Assembly: GCA_038142325.1 (NCBI GenBank)
Contig: JAYQJW010000002.1
Coordinates: 64,001-128,000 of the forward strand
Source of the DNA: Gammaproteobacteria bacterium
GTDB lineage: Bacteria; Pseudomonadota; Gammaproteobacteria; GCA-002705445; GCA-002716945
Direction of reading: 5' to 3'
Length of the DNA: 64,000 nucleotides
Shown here: positions 27,119 through 38,785 of the stretch, piece by piece
Position numbering within the stretch: the first letter of the stretch is position 1
Layout: the number at the start of each line of letters is the position of its first letter
Notes under the pieces: generated by a model
Databases searched by the model: none
What the model saw: the letters and a program-made list of their open reading frames with translations, nothing else
What the model was told of the DNA's origin: nothing
Program-made: the position numbers and the translations under genes

Positions 27119-27737
27119 ATATTCTCTTAAATAACCAAGAGCTTAAGTCGGTAATCATTGACTTACTTATTGTATGTCCACAATCGTCAACGAATTCTGT
27201 AAAGGCTATTTTTTTATCTTCTAAGTATTGTATTGATTTCTTGTGCGTGTCAATTGATATAGTTGTGTCGTTACTACCGTGGGCTATATATATCTCTTTT
27301 TCTTTATTATCAACTGTAAGAGAAGACGCAGATGGAATATAACCAGAAATTGCAATAATACCATCGCAATCAATATCTGAGCCCAAACCCATTGACAGGG
27401 ACAAAGCCGCACCTTGTGAAAAACCTCCAAGATAAAGTTTCTTGTCTTGTCTTAAATGCTTTTTTAATGACAACAGGATATTTTTTTTAGCAAGTTCTAA
27501 ACCCAGATCATCTTCAATAATCCTTCCATTTTGCTCTGAAGGCAAAGGGTACCATGATCTCTTACCGTTATCCTTTGGTGCATTTGGCATGATTACATGA
27601 AACTTTCCGTCTAGATTTAGATTTAACAATTTAATGAATGGCTCAAAACCCCAATTGTTTGCACCGTACCCATGGAACCATACCAAGTCAGCTTCTGCTG
27701 CACTCCTGTCTCCAACTGTAATTATTTCAAGATCCAT
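27117..27737 (-). CDS. Phospholipase/carboxylesterase (alpha/beta hydrolase)
   Basis: WFHGYGA, GGFSQGA nucleophile elbow, HGSND, GH. Confidence 0.9.
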   Translation of the reverse strand: MDLEIITVGDRSAAEADLVWFHGYGANNWGFEPFIKLLNLNLDGKFHVIMPNAPKDNGKRSWYPLPSEQNGRIIEDDLGLELAKKNILLSLKKHLRQDKKLYLGGFSQGAALSLSMGLGSDIDCDGIIAISGYIPSASSLTVDNKEKEIYIAHGSNDTTISIDTHKKSIQYLEDKKIAFTEFVDDCGHTISKSMITDLSSWLFKRI

Positions 27738-27787
27738 TAATGCTAAAACCAATTAAATCTACATGTGAATTAGACTATAATATCAGA

Positions 27788-27922
27788 ATGTTAAACTTTT
27801 CTCGTTCTAATCTTTTAACTATATTCACATTTATATGCGCTTTGGTCATATTATCTAGTTGTGGTAACAAAGGGCCTCTTACGCCTCCAACAAATGTAAC
27901 TTATTCAAGTGTTATCAATTGA
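27788..27922 (+). CDS. lptM: Small lipoprotein LptM/YifL family
   Basis: Lipobox LSSC followed by GNKGPL; directly upstream of lysA-dapF. Confidence 0.85.
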   Translation: MLNFSRSNLLTIFTFICALVILSSCGNKGPLTPPTNVTYSSVIN

Positions 27923-29154
27923 AAAACCTTCATTATAAAAATAATAAGTTATTTTTTGAAAATATTGATCTTGATAATTTATCGAATGAGTTACCGACAC
28001 CATTCTATTTGTACTCACAAAAGTCTATAAAGGAAAATATAAATGAATATCTAAGTTCTGCTAATTCTCGAACATTGTTTTGTTATTCAGTAAAAGCAAA
28101 CTCTAATATGACTATTTTAAATCTCATTGCATCTGAAGGCTTAGGTTTCGATGTTGTGTCACAGGGAGAGCTATATCGCGCTCTTCAAACAGGTGTTAGT
28201 ACAAAAAAAATTGTTTATTCAGGCGTAGGGAAAACAAGAGATGAAATAAAATACGCACTCGAAAATAATATCTTATGCTTCAATGTGGAATCTAAAGATG
28301 AGCTTATAACTATTAATCAGGAAGCGTCGTCAATGGGTCTTATTGCTGATATTTCTATAAGAGTAAATCCTAATGTAAAGGTTGAGACCCATCCCTATAT
28401 CTCTACAGGTATGAAAGATAATAAATTTGGCATCCAATATGAACATGTTATTGATATCTACAAACATGCCAGAAAGTTAGAATCAATAAATATAATAGGA
28501 ATTGATTTTCATATTGGCTCTCAAATAATGTCGACCAGCCCATATTTAGAATCTATCTCATCAGTAAAAAGAATTGTACAAGAACTCAATGATTGTAAAA
28601 TTAAAATCACTCACATCGATGTCGGAGGCGGACTTGGTATTTCATATACGGATGAAAGTCAAATAGACAGATCTAATTATGTTGCAAAAATATTAGATAG
28701 TTTTAAAGACATCAATGTGGATATAATCTTTGAGCCCGGGAGATCAATAATTGGCGATTGTGGAATTTTAGTTAGTACTGTTCAGTACACTAAAGAGTCA
28801 GACCATAAAAACTTTTTAATTGTTGACGCAAGTATGTCGGAGCTGATGAGACCAGCGCTTTATGATGCCTACCACAAAATTACACCTATAATTAAGACTG
28901 ATGCATCCTGCAAAAAATATGATGTTGTAGGACCTGTTTGTGAAAGTGCTGACTTTCTCGGCAAAGAAAGAGAATTAAATTGTAAAGTTGGTGATAAAGT
29001 TGTTGTTGAAGATACAGGCGCATATGGGTTCGTATTATCATCAAATTACAACAGTCGGCCTAGACCTGCTGAATATCTTATTAGTGATGGTAAGGTTAAA
29101 CTTATACGATCAGCAGAAACTATTGAACAGATTGTTCAAAACGAAAATTGCTAA
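27919..29154 (+). CDS. lysA: Diaminopimelate decarboxylase
   Basis: YSVKAN, HIGSQ, EPGR, GPVCES, GAYG...SNYNSR. Confidence 0.96.
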   Translation: MKNLHYKNNKLFFENIDLDNLSNELPTPFYLYSQKSIKENINEYLSSANSRTLFCYSVKANSNMTILNLIASEGLGFDVVSQGELYRALQTGVSTKKIVYSGVGKTRDEIKYALENNILCFNVESKDELITINQEASSMGLIADISIRVNPNVKVETHPYISTGMKDNKFGIQYEHVIDIYKHARKLESINIIGIDFHIGSQIMSTSPYLESISSVKRIVQELNDCKIKITHIDVGGGLGISYTDESQIDRSNYVAKILDSFKDINVDIIFEPGRSIIGDCGILVSTVQYTKESDHKNFLIVDASMSELMRPALYDAYHKITPIIKTDASCKKYDVVGPVCESADFLGKERELNCKVGDKVVVEDTGAYGFVLSSNYNSRPRPAEYLISDGKVKLIRSAETIEQIVQNENC

Positions 29155-29807
29155 AGCGTATACCTGAACCAGACTTAATGGATAGTGATGAGCAAGCGCA
29201 AGCCTACGCAAGTGCAGACTTTTCTGATGCAAACAAAATCTTTATGTCTAACATGCTATCTGTTATTTCTTCACTACATGGTAAAGCTATTTTAGATGTT
29301 GGGTGTGGCGATGGTGAGATAATTATAGATATTAGAAAAAGGTTTAATTGCGCTCTTACGGCAATTGATGGCTCAGCATCTATGCTTAAACAGTTTTTAT
29401 TAAAATCAGTTAAAAATAACATTCAGGATGTTTGTGTTATAAATGAAAGGATAGAAAAACACCCTTTTAAAAATAATAGCTTTGACTTTGTGATATGCAA
29501 TAGCTTGCTTCATCACGTAGAAAACCCTCAACTCTTTTGGGAGAAAGTTATCGACATAACTAAACCAGGAGGGTATGTGTTTGCAATGGACTTAGTAAGG
29601 CCGCATAGTCTTATGAGCCTTAATAATATTTTACAAAAGCACGGAAATGATAATCAAGTATTAATGAAAGATTTCAAGAATTCCTTGATGGCAGCATATA
29701 CCGTTAACGAAGTTGAGAAACAAATAAGTATATTCAAAGGAATAAAATCAATAATTAATATTGTCTCTGATAGACATTTTTTTGTTACTATACACGTAGA
29801 GAAATGA
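29148..29807 (+). CDS. Class I SAM-dependent methyltransferase
   Basis: RIPEPDLMD N-terminus, LDVGCGDG, NSLLHH. Confidence 0.88.
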   Translation: MLKRIPEPDLMDSDEQAQAYASADFSDANKIFMSNMLSVISSLHGKAILDVGCGDGEIIIDIRKRFNCALTAIDGSASMLKQFLLKSVKNNIQDVCVINERIEKHPFKNNSFDFVICNSLLHHVENPQLFWEKVIDITKPGGYVFAMDLVRPHSLMSLNNILQKHGNDNQVLMKDFKNSLMAAYTVNEVEKQISIFKGIKSIINIVSDRHFFVTIHVEK

Positions 29808-30658
29808 TTCCATATACTAAATTGAACAGCCAAGGTAATGACTTTATCTTAGTTGAGCATAGCAATTTATCATCTCAATTAACCCCTGATAAGATTAAAC
29901 ATTATTCAAACAGGAAGGTTATTGGGTGCGATCAATTTTTTATAGTTGATACCACAACATTAGATAATGTAAATTGTGATGTTTATAATCAAGATGGATC
30001 TAAGGCTAGCCAATGCGGCAATGGATTGCGTGCCACAATGTTATATCTTCATAAAAAATATAATATAAACACGACAAATTTAATTGTATGCAATAAAAGC
30101 TATCCTGCAGAAATCAACGATGACCTTATTTCTATAGATATGGGAAGTCCACAATATATTGACAATATAATTAATAGCGCACCAGAATACTCTATAACTA
30201 AAAATGGACTAGTTCTTACATTGAATCACAACGATACATCATTAAAGTTTTCTTTTATTCCCATAACAATTGGAAATAGTCATTGTGTTGTTTTTTCGGA
30301 CAACTGTATTGATGTAAAAGAGCGTATCAGCAAAATAATTGATGATATTTATGATAAGACCATGAACATTGGTTTCATAGAAAATGCATCTAACTTTCTC
30401 AATGATTGTACCACTGTCGTCAAACTTACTGTAAATGAGCGTGGTGCTGGTTACACCAAGTCATGCGGTAGTGGAGCTACTGCTGCTGCAATATGTTTAT
30501 TTAGACTCTATGAACTCAAATCCGAGTCCAAAGTAAAAAATTCTCTAATAAAAATCAGACAAGTTGGCGGGGAACTTGAGATTATTAAAAATTATAATCC
30601 AGATAGTTTCAAACTAATTGGCCCAAGCTCTATTGATGGTGAGGGAAATCTTGAATAG
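29804..30658 (+). CDS. dapF: Diaminopimelate epimerase
   Basis: GNDF, IGCDQ, CGNG, ERGAG.T.SCGSG. Confidence 0.93.
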   Translation: MIPYTKLNSQGNDFILVEHSNLSSQLTPDKIKHYSNRKVIGCDQFFIVDTTTLDNVNCDVYNQDGSKASQCGNGLRATMLYLHKKYNINTTNLIVCNKSYPAEINDDLISIDMGSPQYIDNIINSAPEYSITKNGLVLTLNHNDTSLKFSFIPITIGNSHCVVFSDNCIDVKERISKIIDDIYDKTMNIGFIENASNFLNDCTTVVKLTVNERGAGYTKSCGSGATAAAICLFRLYELKSESKVKNSLIKIRQVGGELEIIKNYNPDSFKLIGPSSIDGEGNLE

Positions 30659-31532
30659 CAGTGATCAACAAATAGAAAGCTTCTTAAGCTATCTTAGGAA
30701 TGAAAAGCTTTACACTAAGGATACTCTCATAAATTATAAAAATGACCTTACGCAATTTCAAGAGTATATGAAATCATATCAGTCTAATATTATTAATTCT
30801 GATAAGCAGAATTTAGAGAAATTCTTCATGAACCTCCACTCTTTTGGCTTATCTCCAGCATCTCTTGCAAGGAAAGCCTCAACGTTAAGATCATTTTTTT
30901 TATACTTATTAAAAACTTCTCAAATTTCATCAACGCCAATGTCGGGCATTAAGACACCTAAGCTATCTAAAAAATTACCTAATATTCTCTCTATTGGCGA
31001 TATAGATAAACTATGCGACATAAGAGAAAGCAATAATGCTGCTAAAAGAGACAAGGCAATAATTGAAGTAATGTATAGTTCTGCTTTAAGGTTAAGTGAA
31101 TTATCAACATTAGATATTGATTCGGTTGATCTCGTTTCAAAATCTATTAAGGTTCTGGGAAAAGGGAAAAAAGAAAGAATACTACCGCTGGGCATGAAAG
31201 CCATAGAAGCTATAAGTGAGTGGATATCAAGAAGAGAAGAGTACAAGCCTGAAAACAATGCCTTATTTTTAAATAAGTTTGGCGGCAGATTATCTAATAG
31301 ATCTATACAAAATAGGATTGATTATTGGGTGAAAAAACAAGGCTTGAATTGTAAGATATCGCCCCATACATTACGTCATAGTTGTGCAACACATTTATTG
31401 GAAGCATCTGGAGACCTTAGAGCAGTACAAGAGTTTTTAGGTCATGAGGATATAAGTACAACACAGATATATACAAATTTAGATTTTGAGCATTTAAATA
31501 AGGTTTACAATAATAGTCACCCTAGGGCATAA
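30651..31532 (+). CDS. xerC: Tyrosine recombinase XerC
   Basis: LRLSEL, GKGKKER, HTLRHSCATH, LGH...TTQIYT; dapF-xerC-hslV synteny. Confidence 0.92.
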   Translation: MNSSDQQIESFLSYLRNEKLYTKDTLINYKNDLTQFQEYMKSYQSNIINSDKQNLEKFFMNLHSFGLSPASLARKASTLRSFFLYLLKTSQISSTPMSGIKTPKLSKKLPNILSIGDIDKLCDIRESNNAAKRDKAIIEVMYSSALRLSELSTLDIDSVDLVSKSIKVLGKGKKERILPLGMKAIEAISEWISRREEYKPENNALFLNKFGGRLSNRSIQNRIDYWVKKQGLNCKISPHTLRHSCATHLLEASGDLRAVQEFLGHEDISTTQIYTNLDFEHLNKVYNNSHPRA

Positions 31533-31535
31533 ATT

Positions 31536-32084
31536 ATGAATACTAATGAGAAATTTCATGGGACAACAATAGTTGGAGTAAGAAGAGACAACGAAATAGT
31601 TGTTGGTGGAGATGGACAGGTAACACTTGGAAACACTGTTATGAAAAATAATGCCAAGAAAGTTAGAAGATTATACAAGGATAATGTTTTGGCAGGCTTT
31701 GCTGGCGCGACAGCAGATGCATTTACACTTTTTGAAAAATTTGAAGGCAAGCTAGAAAAATACAGTGGTCATTTAACTAGATCAGCTGTTGAGTTAGCTA
31801 AAGAATGGAGAACAGACAAGATGCTACGTAACCTTGAAGCTTTACTAATTGTCGCTGATAAGGACGCATCATTACTTATATCTGGTAATGGCGATGTTAT
31901 AGAACCACAAGATTCAATAATAGCAATAGGAAGCGGTGGTTCTTATGCACAGTCAGCCGCTAAAGCCTTATACGAAAACACTAAACTTTCTGCTGAGGAT
32001 ATAGTTAAAAAATCTCTTACAATAGCTTCAGATATTTGTATATACACTAACGCAAACTTAACTATAGAGAAGATCAATGTCTGA
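31536..32084 (+). CDS. hslV: ATP-dependent protease subunit HslV
   Basis: [30 protein letters not shown]. Confidence 0.97.
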   Translation: MNTNEKFHGTTIVGVRRDNEIVVGGDGQVTLGNTVMKNNAKKVRRLYKDNVLAGFAGATADAFTLFEKFEGKLEKYSGHLTRSAVELAKEWRTDKMLRNLEALLIVADKDASLLISGNGDVIEPQDSIIAIGSGGSYAQSAAKALYENTKLSAEDIVKKSLTIASDICIYTNANLTIEKINV

Positions 32085-33416
32085 AATGACTCCAAGAGAA
32101 GTTGTGCAAGAGCTTGATAAACACATAATAGGCCAATCTGATGCGAAAAGGGCGGTAGCTATAGCTCTAAGAAACAGATGGAGAAGGCTTCAATTGTCAG
32201 AGAAAATGAGCAATGAAATTACACCTAAAAATATATTAATGATCGGTCCTACAGGAGTAGGTAAGACCGAGATAGCAAGAAGACTTGCAAAACTTGCCAA
32301 GGCTCCATTTATAAAAGTAGAGGCTACAAAATTTACAGAAGTGGGTTATGTTGGCAAAGAAGTAGATTCAATAATTAGGGATTTAACTGAATTAGCAATT
32401 ACTCAAGTAAAATCAGAGGCCATGTCAAAGGTTAGGCACAGAGCAGAAGAAATTGCAGAGGAAATAATATTAGATAGACTCCTACCATCAAGAGATAACG
32501 ACCTTGTGCAAGGACTAAATGATGCTGACAAAGAAGATAATAAGAGCACGCGTCAAACTCTTAGAAAAGACTTACGAGAGGGCAAACTAGATGATAAAGA
32601 AATTGAAATAGATGTTAATACAGCATTGCCTTCATTTGAAGTAATGGCACCTCCAGGCATGGAAGAAATGACCGATCAACTTCAGGGCATGTTTAAGAAT
32701 TTATCTAACAACAAAACTAAACCTCAAAAAACAAAAATAAAAGATGCAATAAAATATTATCTGAACAAGAGGCCAGAAAATTAGTTAATGACAATGATCT
32801 TAAGCAAGAAGCTATTCAAAAAGTTGAACAGAGCGGAATAGTATTTATTGATGAAATTGACAAAGTTGCATCTCGAGCTAATGCTGGGGGAGCAGATGTT
32901 TCTAGAGAAGGAGTACAAAGGGATCTATTACCCTTGGTAGAGGGTTGTACTGTTAATACAAAACATGGTCCTATAAAAACTGATCACATTCTGTTTATTG
33001 CCTCTGGAGCATTTCATCTCTCAAAGCCCTCAGATCTTATTCCAGAGTTACAAGGCAGACTTCCTATAAGAGTTGAACTAAATGCTTTATCTATAGATGA
33101 CTTTAAGTCTATACTTGTAGAGCCTGATTATTCACTTACTCAACAATATAAAGCGTTAATGGATACAGAAGGCATTGACGTTACTTTTGATAATAGCGCT
33201 ATTGATAGATTGTCAACAATAGCATGGACGGTAAATGAAAAAACTGAGAACATAGGAGCAAGAAGACTGCATACTATTATGGAAAGACTTCTAGAAAACC
33301 TTTCATTTGATGCAAGTGATTTGAAAGAAACAAAGATTACTATTGACCAAGACTACGTCGATAAATATTTAAATGAATTTGCAGATAATGAGGACTTAAG
33401 CAGGTACATTTTATGA
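32077..33416 (+). CDS. hslU: ATP-dependent protease ATPase HslU (one frameshift)
   Basis: [42 protein letters not shown]. Confidence 0.97.
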
Positions 33417-33769
33417 TAAGACCAACTGAGTTAAGATATATAAAAAAAACTAATATATTATCGATCACATTCGAAGATGGTTATAGCAGCAATATGACAT
33501 CTGAATATCTAAGATGTTTTTCTCCATCTGCAGAAGTTAAAGGGCACGGACCAGGTCAAGAAAAACTTCAAATAAATAAAGAGGATGTTGCTATAGATAA
33601 ATTAGAGCCCGTTGGTAACTATGCAGTGAGAATAATTTTTGATGATGGCCATGACACAGGACTCTATTCTTGGGAGCATCTATATAATCTTTGTAAAAAT
33701 TATAAAGATAATTGGCATAATTATCTTGAGAGACTTAAGGAAGCTGGTCATACGAGAAAAAAACCATGA
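33413..33769 (+). CDS. DUF971 / GBBH-like N-terminal domain protein
   Basis: [32 protein letters not shown]. Confidence 0.88.
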   Translation: MIRPTELRYIKKTNILSITFEDGYSSNMTSEYLRCFSPSAEVKGHGPGQEKLQINKEDVAIDKLEPVGNYAVRIIFDDGHDTGLYSWEHLYNLCKNYKDNWHNYLERLKEAGHTRKKP

Positions 33770-34149
33770 CAAAGAAACAAATTACATGTGATAAAGCACC
33801 ATCAGCTATTGGTACATATTCTCAAGCTATTACAGCAGGAAAATTTACATTTGTTTCTGGACAGATACCGCTTAATTATACTGACATGAGCATTGTATTA
33901 GGTTCATTTGAAGATCAGGCTGAGGTAGTAATGAATAATCTTAAACATATTGCAGAGTCAGCTGGGTGTAGTCTTGATAATTGTGTTAAATTTACAGTCT
34001 ATCTAAAAAATCTAGAAAACTTTTCAAAAGTTAACGCAGTTATGGAAGCGTATCTATCTGAGCCATATCCTGCTCGTGCAGCTGTTGAAGTGAGCAGACT
34101 TCCTAAAGACGTAGAAATAGAGGTTGATGCAATTTTATACAAAGACTAA
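33766..34149 (+). CDS. ridA: RidA-family enamine deaminase
   Basis: APSAIGTYSQA, SGQIPL, PYPARAAV, LPK..EIE. Confidence 0.92.
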   Translation: MTKKQITCDKAPSAIGTYSQAITAGKFTFVSGQIPLNYTDMSIVLGSFEDQAEVVMNNLKHIAESAGCSLDNCVKFTVYLKNLENFSKVNAVMEAYLSEPYPARAAVEVSRLPKDVEIEVDAILYKD

Positions 34150-34152
34150 ATA

Positions 34153-36204
34153 ATGCAATCAAAATCTGACGAATTATCTCAGAGTGTTTCATCTTTAAAA
34201 GGTATTGGTCCAAAAACTAGAGATCTTTTTAATCAATTAGGAATTTATTCAATTTTTGATCTTCTTACCACTATCCCTAACAGCTTATCTGATAAAAGAG
34301 AAGTTGAATTATTAAGTCAAATTGATAACGGTGACAATGTAGTTCTGTCTGGTGAGATAATTAATACATCAAGAACTAAAGGGCTACAAACCAAACTACA
34401 TATTAACAGTCAGGTCTGATACAGGGATATTTAATGTACGATTTATTCATAAAATCGTTGTTTTTCTAAATTTACAAGTTGGAATGTCTATACGTATAGA
34501 AGGAAAAGCCATTAAAAAAAGCACTAAGCTTGAATTCATTCATCCAGAAGTTGAAATCATTCAAAAAAATAAATCATTGGCAAACATACTCCCAAAATAT
34601 TCAACGAAAGGAAAAATATCACAACAAAAAATGAGAAAAGCTATCCATGAAGCCTTTATAATGCTTTCAAAAGAATTATGAATTTACATGTCTTGATATT
34701 TTATTTAATAATGATTTTAATTTTATGTCACTTCTCAAAGCTGTTAAAAAGCTTCATTATCCTGATGGTGATTATGATGATGCCATCAATGAATTTCAAA
34801 GCGCTAAAGAAAGATTAGTTTTAGAGGAAATATATCTTCATAAACATGAGCTTCTGAAAACGTTGTCTAATTATTCAGGCAAACCATCGTATCTAATCAA
34901 TACAGAGCAGAAAGAGATAAATCTTTTTATTGACTCTTTATCATTTTCTCTAACAAAAGGTCAACAAAGCGCTATTGATGATATAAATCAATCTTTACAA
35001 TCTGAAAAATCCAGCTAAATTCCTCATACAAGGGGATGTAGGCTGTGGTAAAACTATTGTTGCTCTAGTAGCTTGTTTTAATGTAGTTAAAAATGGTTAT
35101 CAATGTTTAGTCTTAGTTCCAACCGAAGTATTATGTAATCAACATTTTGATACATTCAAAACTTATCTTGGATCTTTAGTTAACGTTGTTTCTATGAGCG
35201 GTAAAGACTCAAAGAACAAAAAAGCTGATATCAAAAAACAACTAAAATCTGGCGCAATTTCCGTTTTAATTTGTACTCATGCTATTTTACATGACGATTA
35301 CTTATTTAATAATCTTGCCCTTGTTATTATTGATGAGCAGCATAAATTTGGTGTTAAACAACGTGAAAAAATAACATCTAATCATGAAAGGCAGCCACAT
35401 ATAATTCATATGTCTGCAACACCTATACCAAGAACATTAGCTCTTGTGCTTTATGAAAATATGAAATATGTAAAAATTTCAGATAGACCGTATAATCGTC
35501 TCGAGACAATAACAAAGATATTCAATAGTAATCAAAGGCAATCTGTTTATGATGTTGTAAATAATCATCTAAGACATAACACTCAAGTTTATTGGGTTTG
35601 TACTCGTGTTGAGGATAACGATGATAATCAACAATCAATCAAAAGCTTTCATGAGGTTATTAGAGCACAATTCTCAAACTATAAGTGCGATATACTTCAC
35701 GGAAATATGTCTTCAGAGGATAAAATTGAAATTATTAATAAATTTAAAAATGGAATGATTGATATATTAATTGCTACTAGTGTTATAGAAGTGGGTGTTG
35801 ATTGCCCAAATGCTAACTGTCTTGTTATAGAAAATTCAGAAATGTTTGGATTATCACAATTACATCAGCTAAGAGGCAGAGTAGGACGTGGTCATGCTCA
35901 AGGATATTGTTACTTATTGCATACTGAACACATAAAGAATGATTCAATTGAAAAACTCAATTACTTAAGTAAAACAGATTCTGGTTTTGAGATTGCAGAA
36001 TATGACCTTAAAAACAGAGGTTCTGGCACATATTTAGGGAACAGACAATCAGGAATGCCAGATAACTATAGGGTTACCAACATAAATGATCTTATGGACA
36101 ATATTCATTACATAAAAAAATTTACATATGACCTCGCTTCTGAAAAAATTAGCATTCTTAAGAATAGATGGAAAATAAAAAAGGTAAATGAAATACAACT
36201 ATAA
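34153..36204 (+). CDS. recG: ATP-dependent DNA helicase RecG (about three frameshifts)
   Basis: LKGIGP, QGDVGCGKT, DEQHKFGV, MSATPIPRTL, QLHQLRGRVGRG. Confidence 0.93.
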
Positions 36205-36695
36205 AAAAAGATGGCTTGTTGAGAAAAAGCTTAAAGGTCTACAAGAAAATCTCAAAAGGATATTAATTGATAACTCATCACTCACAAGTAGAGTGGCTGA
36301 AAAGAAGAATCCAATAAAACTTATCTCTTCTAGAACATATTTAACTAAACAAAAAGATAAATCTTCAAAAAAGTATTCGCTTGTTAGGGAAGTAAAAATA
36401 CAAGGCTATCTTGATAACGATGTAATAGCAAAATCAACTATTCCTATTCAGCAAATAACAGGTCAATTGACCTATATAAAATTTCTAGGAAATAAATCAC
36501 TTGCAACACTTCTTTTTTAAAAAACCTATTTTCTTCAAAGAGTCTATTGAGTATATTGTTAAACAAAACCATGTAGTAAGAATTACTTTTTTCAAAAGAA
36601 AAAAACATACCATCAAAGTTGAAGAAAGGTTTCCTATACATAATAACTATGAGTATATGAATCTAATTAAATGTAGACAAAATATCATTTATTGA
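36188..36695 (+). CDS. ubiC: Chorismate pyruvate-lyase (divergent, frameshift)
   Basis: SSLTSR, REV, A.S.IP, LG.KSL..LLF, E.F.P; recG-ubiC synteny. Confidence 0.7.
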
Positions 36696-37310
36696 TGAAT
36701 GCATCACAATATTTTTTCTCTTACTGAATTCCTCATTTCCTAGATAAACTGCTCCACTAATGCCCGCAGATAGACCAACTAAGATATTTTTTATAGTGTC
36801 TTCAATAAGTATTGTTTTTTTAAAGTCTAGTTGATACTTTGAACGAAGCATATACCAAAGCTGAATATCTTCTTTTACGTAATGCAATTCATGTGCACAT
36901 ACCATGTCATCAAAATATGGAGATAAATCATATTTTTTCAATTTAATATTAAGCGTTTTACGGTGAGCATTTGTTATTAAAATAATTTTCCTGTCTTTTT
37001 TTATCTTCTTCAAAATATCAAAAACACCATCATATAATTTAATTTTATCGTAACTCTCTGGCAATCTTTTCTGTTCTTCTATATCTATGCCCAACATATT
37101 TGACCAGTAATCTAAATCATACCAATCCATCGTATTTTTTTTATAATTAAATATTTGTACAGCTAATCTTTTAGCATCTTCAAAACTACACCCCTTCTTA
37201 TCTGCAAGAACTGCAGGTATCTGGTTTTGCCAAAAATTATTGTCATATGTATTATCCAATATAACTCCATCCATATCGAATAAGATGCACTCTGTCTCTT
37301 TAAATATCAT
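36663..37310 (-). CDS. yrfG: HAD nucleotidase, YrfG-like
   Basis: FDMDG..LD..YDN.FW, WYDLDYW, TNAH; divergent from nudE. Confidence 0.85.
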   Translation of the reverse strand: MIFKETECILFDMDGVILDNTYDNNFWQNQIPAVLADKKGCSFEDAKRLAVQIFNYKKNTMDWYDLDYWSNMLGIDIEEQKRLPESYDKIKLYDGVFDILKKIKKDRKIILITNAHRKTLNIKLKKYDLSPYFDDMVCAHELHYVKEDIQLWYMLRSKYQLDFKKTILIEDTIKNILVGLSAGISGAVYLGNEEFSKRKNIVMHSSINDILSTFN

Positions 37311-37347
37311 ATCTCTTACTGTATCATTTTCTTCAACTTATCACATC

Positions 37348-37878
37348 ATGCCAAAAATTATCAAACAATCACCTATTTTCAAGAGTAAACTTTTTACCAT
37401 CAACGAAGCCCAGATACAATTTGAAAAAAAAGTGCTTAATTATGAAATTATAGCTGGAACAGGAAAAGGTGCTGTTTTAATCATTCCTATTCTTGATGAG
37501 TGCGTGCTATTCATTAAGGAATACGCTTCAGGTGTTGATGATTATATGATAACTCTTCCTAAAGGTAAGATTGATGACAATGAAGACATGTATGCAGCAG
37601 CAAACCGTGAACTCCAGGAAGAAGTAGGATATAAATCTAATAATATTAAATTCATACAAAAGATATATCTTGCACCTGGTTATATAAGTCACGTTACCAA
37701 TATGATGACTGCAGATAAACTTGAGAAGTCTACTCTTGTAGGCGATGAACCTGAAGCTCTTGAGGTTCACAAAATACAAATATCTCAGATAAATTCATTT
37801 TTAAAAGATTATAAAATTATAGATTCTCGTGTTTTTGCAGCTGTAAATTATTTAGAAACAAGATATGGAAAAATTTAG
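37348..37878 (+). CDS. nudE: ADP-compound Nudix hydrolase NudE
   Basis: LPKG...AANRELQEEVGY Nudix box, APGY, GDEPE. Confidence 0.88.
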   Translation: MPKIIKQSPIFKSKLFTINEAQIQFEKKVLNYEIIAGTGKGAVLIIPILDECVLFIKEYASGVDDYMITLPKGKIDDNEDMYAAANRELQEEVGYKSNNIKFIQKIYLAPGYISHVTNMMTADKLEKSTLVGDEPEALEVHKIQISQINSFLKDYKIIDSRVFAAVNYLETRYGKI

Positions 37879-38659
37879 AAATTCAATTGATGGATTTGTA
37901 GAACTTTGTACTAAAGTTGGGCTCATACAGGTAAATGGCCAACAAGATTTAAAAATAGATTTTAAGTCAGATAAATCACCAGTAACAAATATTGATTTGT
38001 TATCAAATGAAATGATCGTAGACTACTTATCCAAAGAGTTTTCAGATGATGTTGTTATATCTGAAGAGAGTATCAAAAAAGTAGGACATGCTGACTCGTA
38101 TTGGTTAATTGATCCAATTGATGGAACAAAGGATTATATAAAAGGCGGTAGCCAATATTGTATTTGTCTATCATACATTGAAAACAACTATCCTGTTTTT
38201 GGTATAATTTATATTCCCTCAACAAAAGATTTTTTTTATGGCATTAAAGGCCATGGATCTTATTTAATAAATAGCTCACATAAATCGACCCGACTTAATG
38301 TAAATAGACAGATTGAGGATAATATCTATGTTAGCACTACAATTAGAAAAAGTGTTTCGAGTATATTAACTGCCAATTTCTCAAATTCAACGATGATTTA
38401 TTTATCAAGCGCAATAAAGTTTTCATGTATTGCACAAGGTATGGGACATTTTTCACTAAGATTAGGACCAACATATGAATGGGATACAGCTGCTGGTCAA
38501 TGTATTATTGAAGAGTCAGGGGGGCAATTTTTAGACAAAAACCTTAAGAGGTTTTCATATGGAAAAGATACTAATTATTTAAACGGCCCGTTTTTCATAT
38601 TTAATGGTGAATTGACTACATACAAAAATACAATCAATCAGTGCCTTTCTTTGATTTAA
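37865..38659 (+). CDS. cysQ: 3'(2'),5'-bisphosphate nucleotidase
   Basis: KSDKSPVT, SEE, DPIDGT, GPTYEWDTAAG. Confidence 0.92.
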   Translation: MEKFRNSIDGFVELCTKVGLIQVNGQQDLKIDFKSDKSPVTNIDLLSNEMIVDYLSKEFSDDVVISEESIKKVGHADSYWLIDPIDGTKDYIKGGSQYCICLSYIENNYPVFGIIYIPSTKDFFYGIKGHGSYLINSSHKSTRLNVNRQIEDNIYVSTTIRKSVSSILTANFSNSTMIYLSSAIKFSCIAQGMGHFSLRLGPTYEWDTAAGQCIIEESGGQFLDKNLKRFSYGKDTNYLNGPFFIFNGELTTYKNTINQCLSLI

Positions 38660-38777
38660 TTGATTTCTCATAAGCCTTCTTGTTCATCATTTTCATTAGC
38701 TTGTATTTACCTTGGACGCTTTTGCACCAAGTAATGATTGTTTTTTCATATTCTTTTAATTTATTATTAGCCGCCAT
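38634..38777 (-). CDS. Putative 47-aa lysine-rich small protein (below ORF-track cutoff)
   Basis: ATG 38777 to TGA 38634: MAANNKLKEYEKTIITWCKSVQGKYKLMKMMNKKAYEKSIKSKKGTD; fills the cysQ-ccmC gap. Confidence 0.45.
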   Translation of the reverse strand: MAANNKLKEYEKTIITWCKSVQGKYKLMKMMNKKAYEKSIKSKKGTD

Positions 38778-38785
38778 AGAATTAT

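Noticed and set aside
30651-31532. Tyrosine recombinase as an integrase of a mobile element
   Set aside because: Sits in the conserved dapF-xerC-hslVU context with no att repeats or cargo; it is chromosomal XerC
38660-38705. ANENDEQEGL-stop on the minus strand resembling a tmRNA tag
   Set aside because: No ALAA-type ending and no tRNA-like ends; it is an alternate frame of the 47-aa ORF
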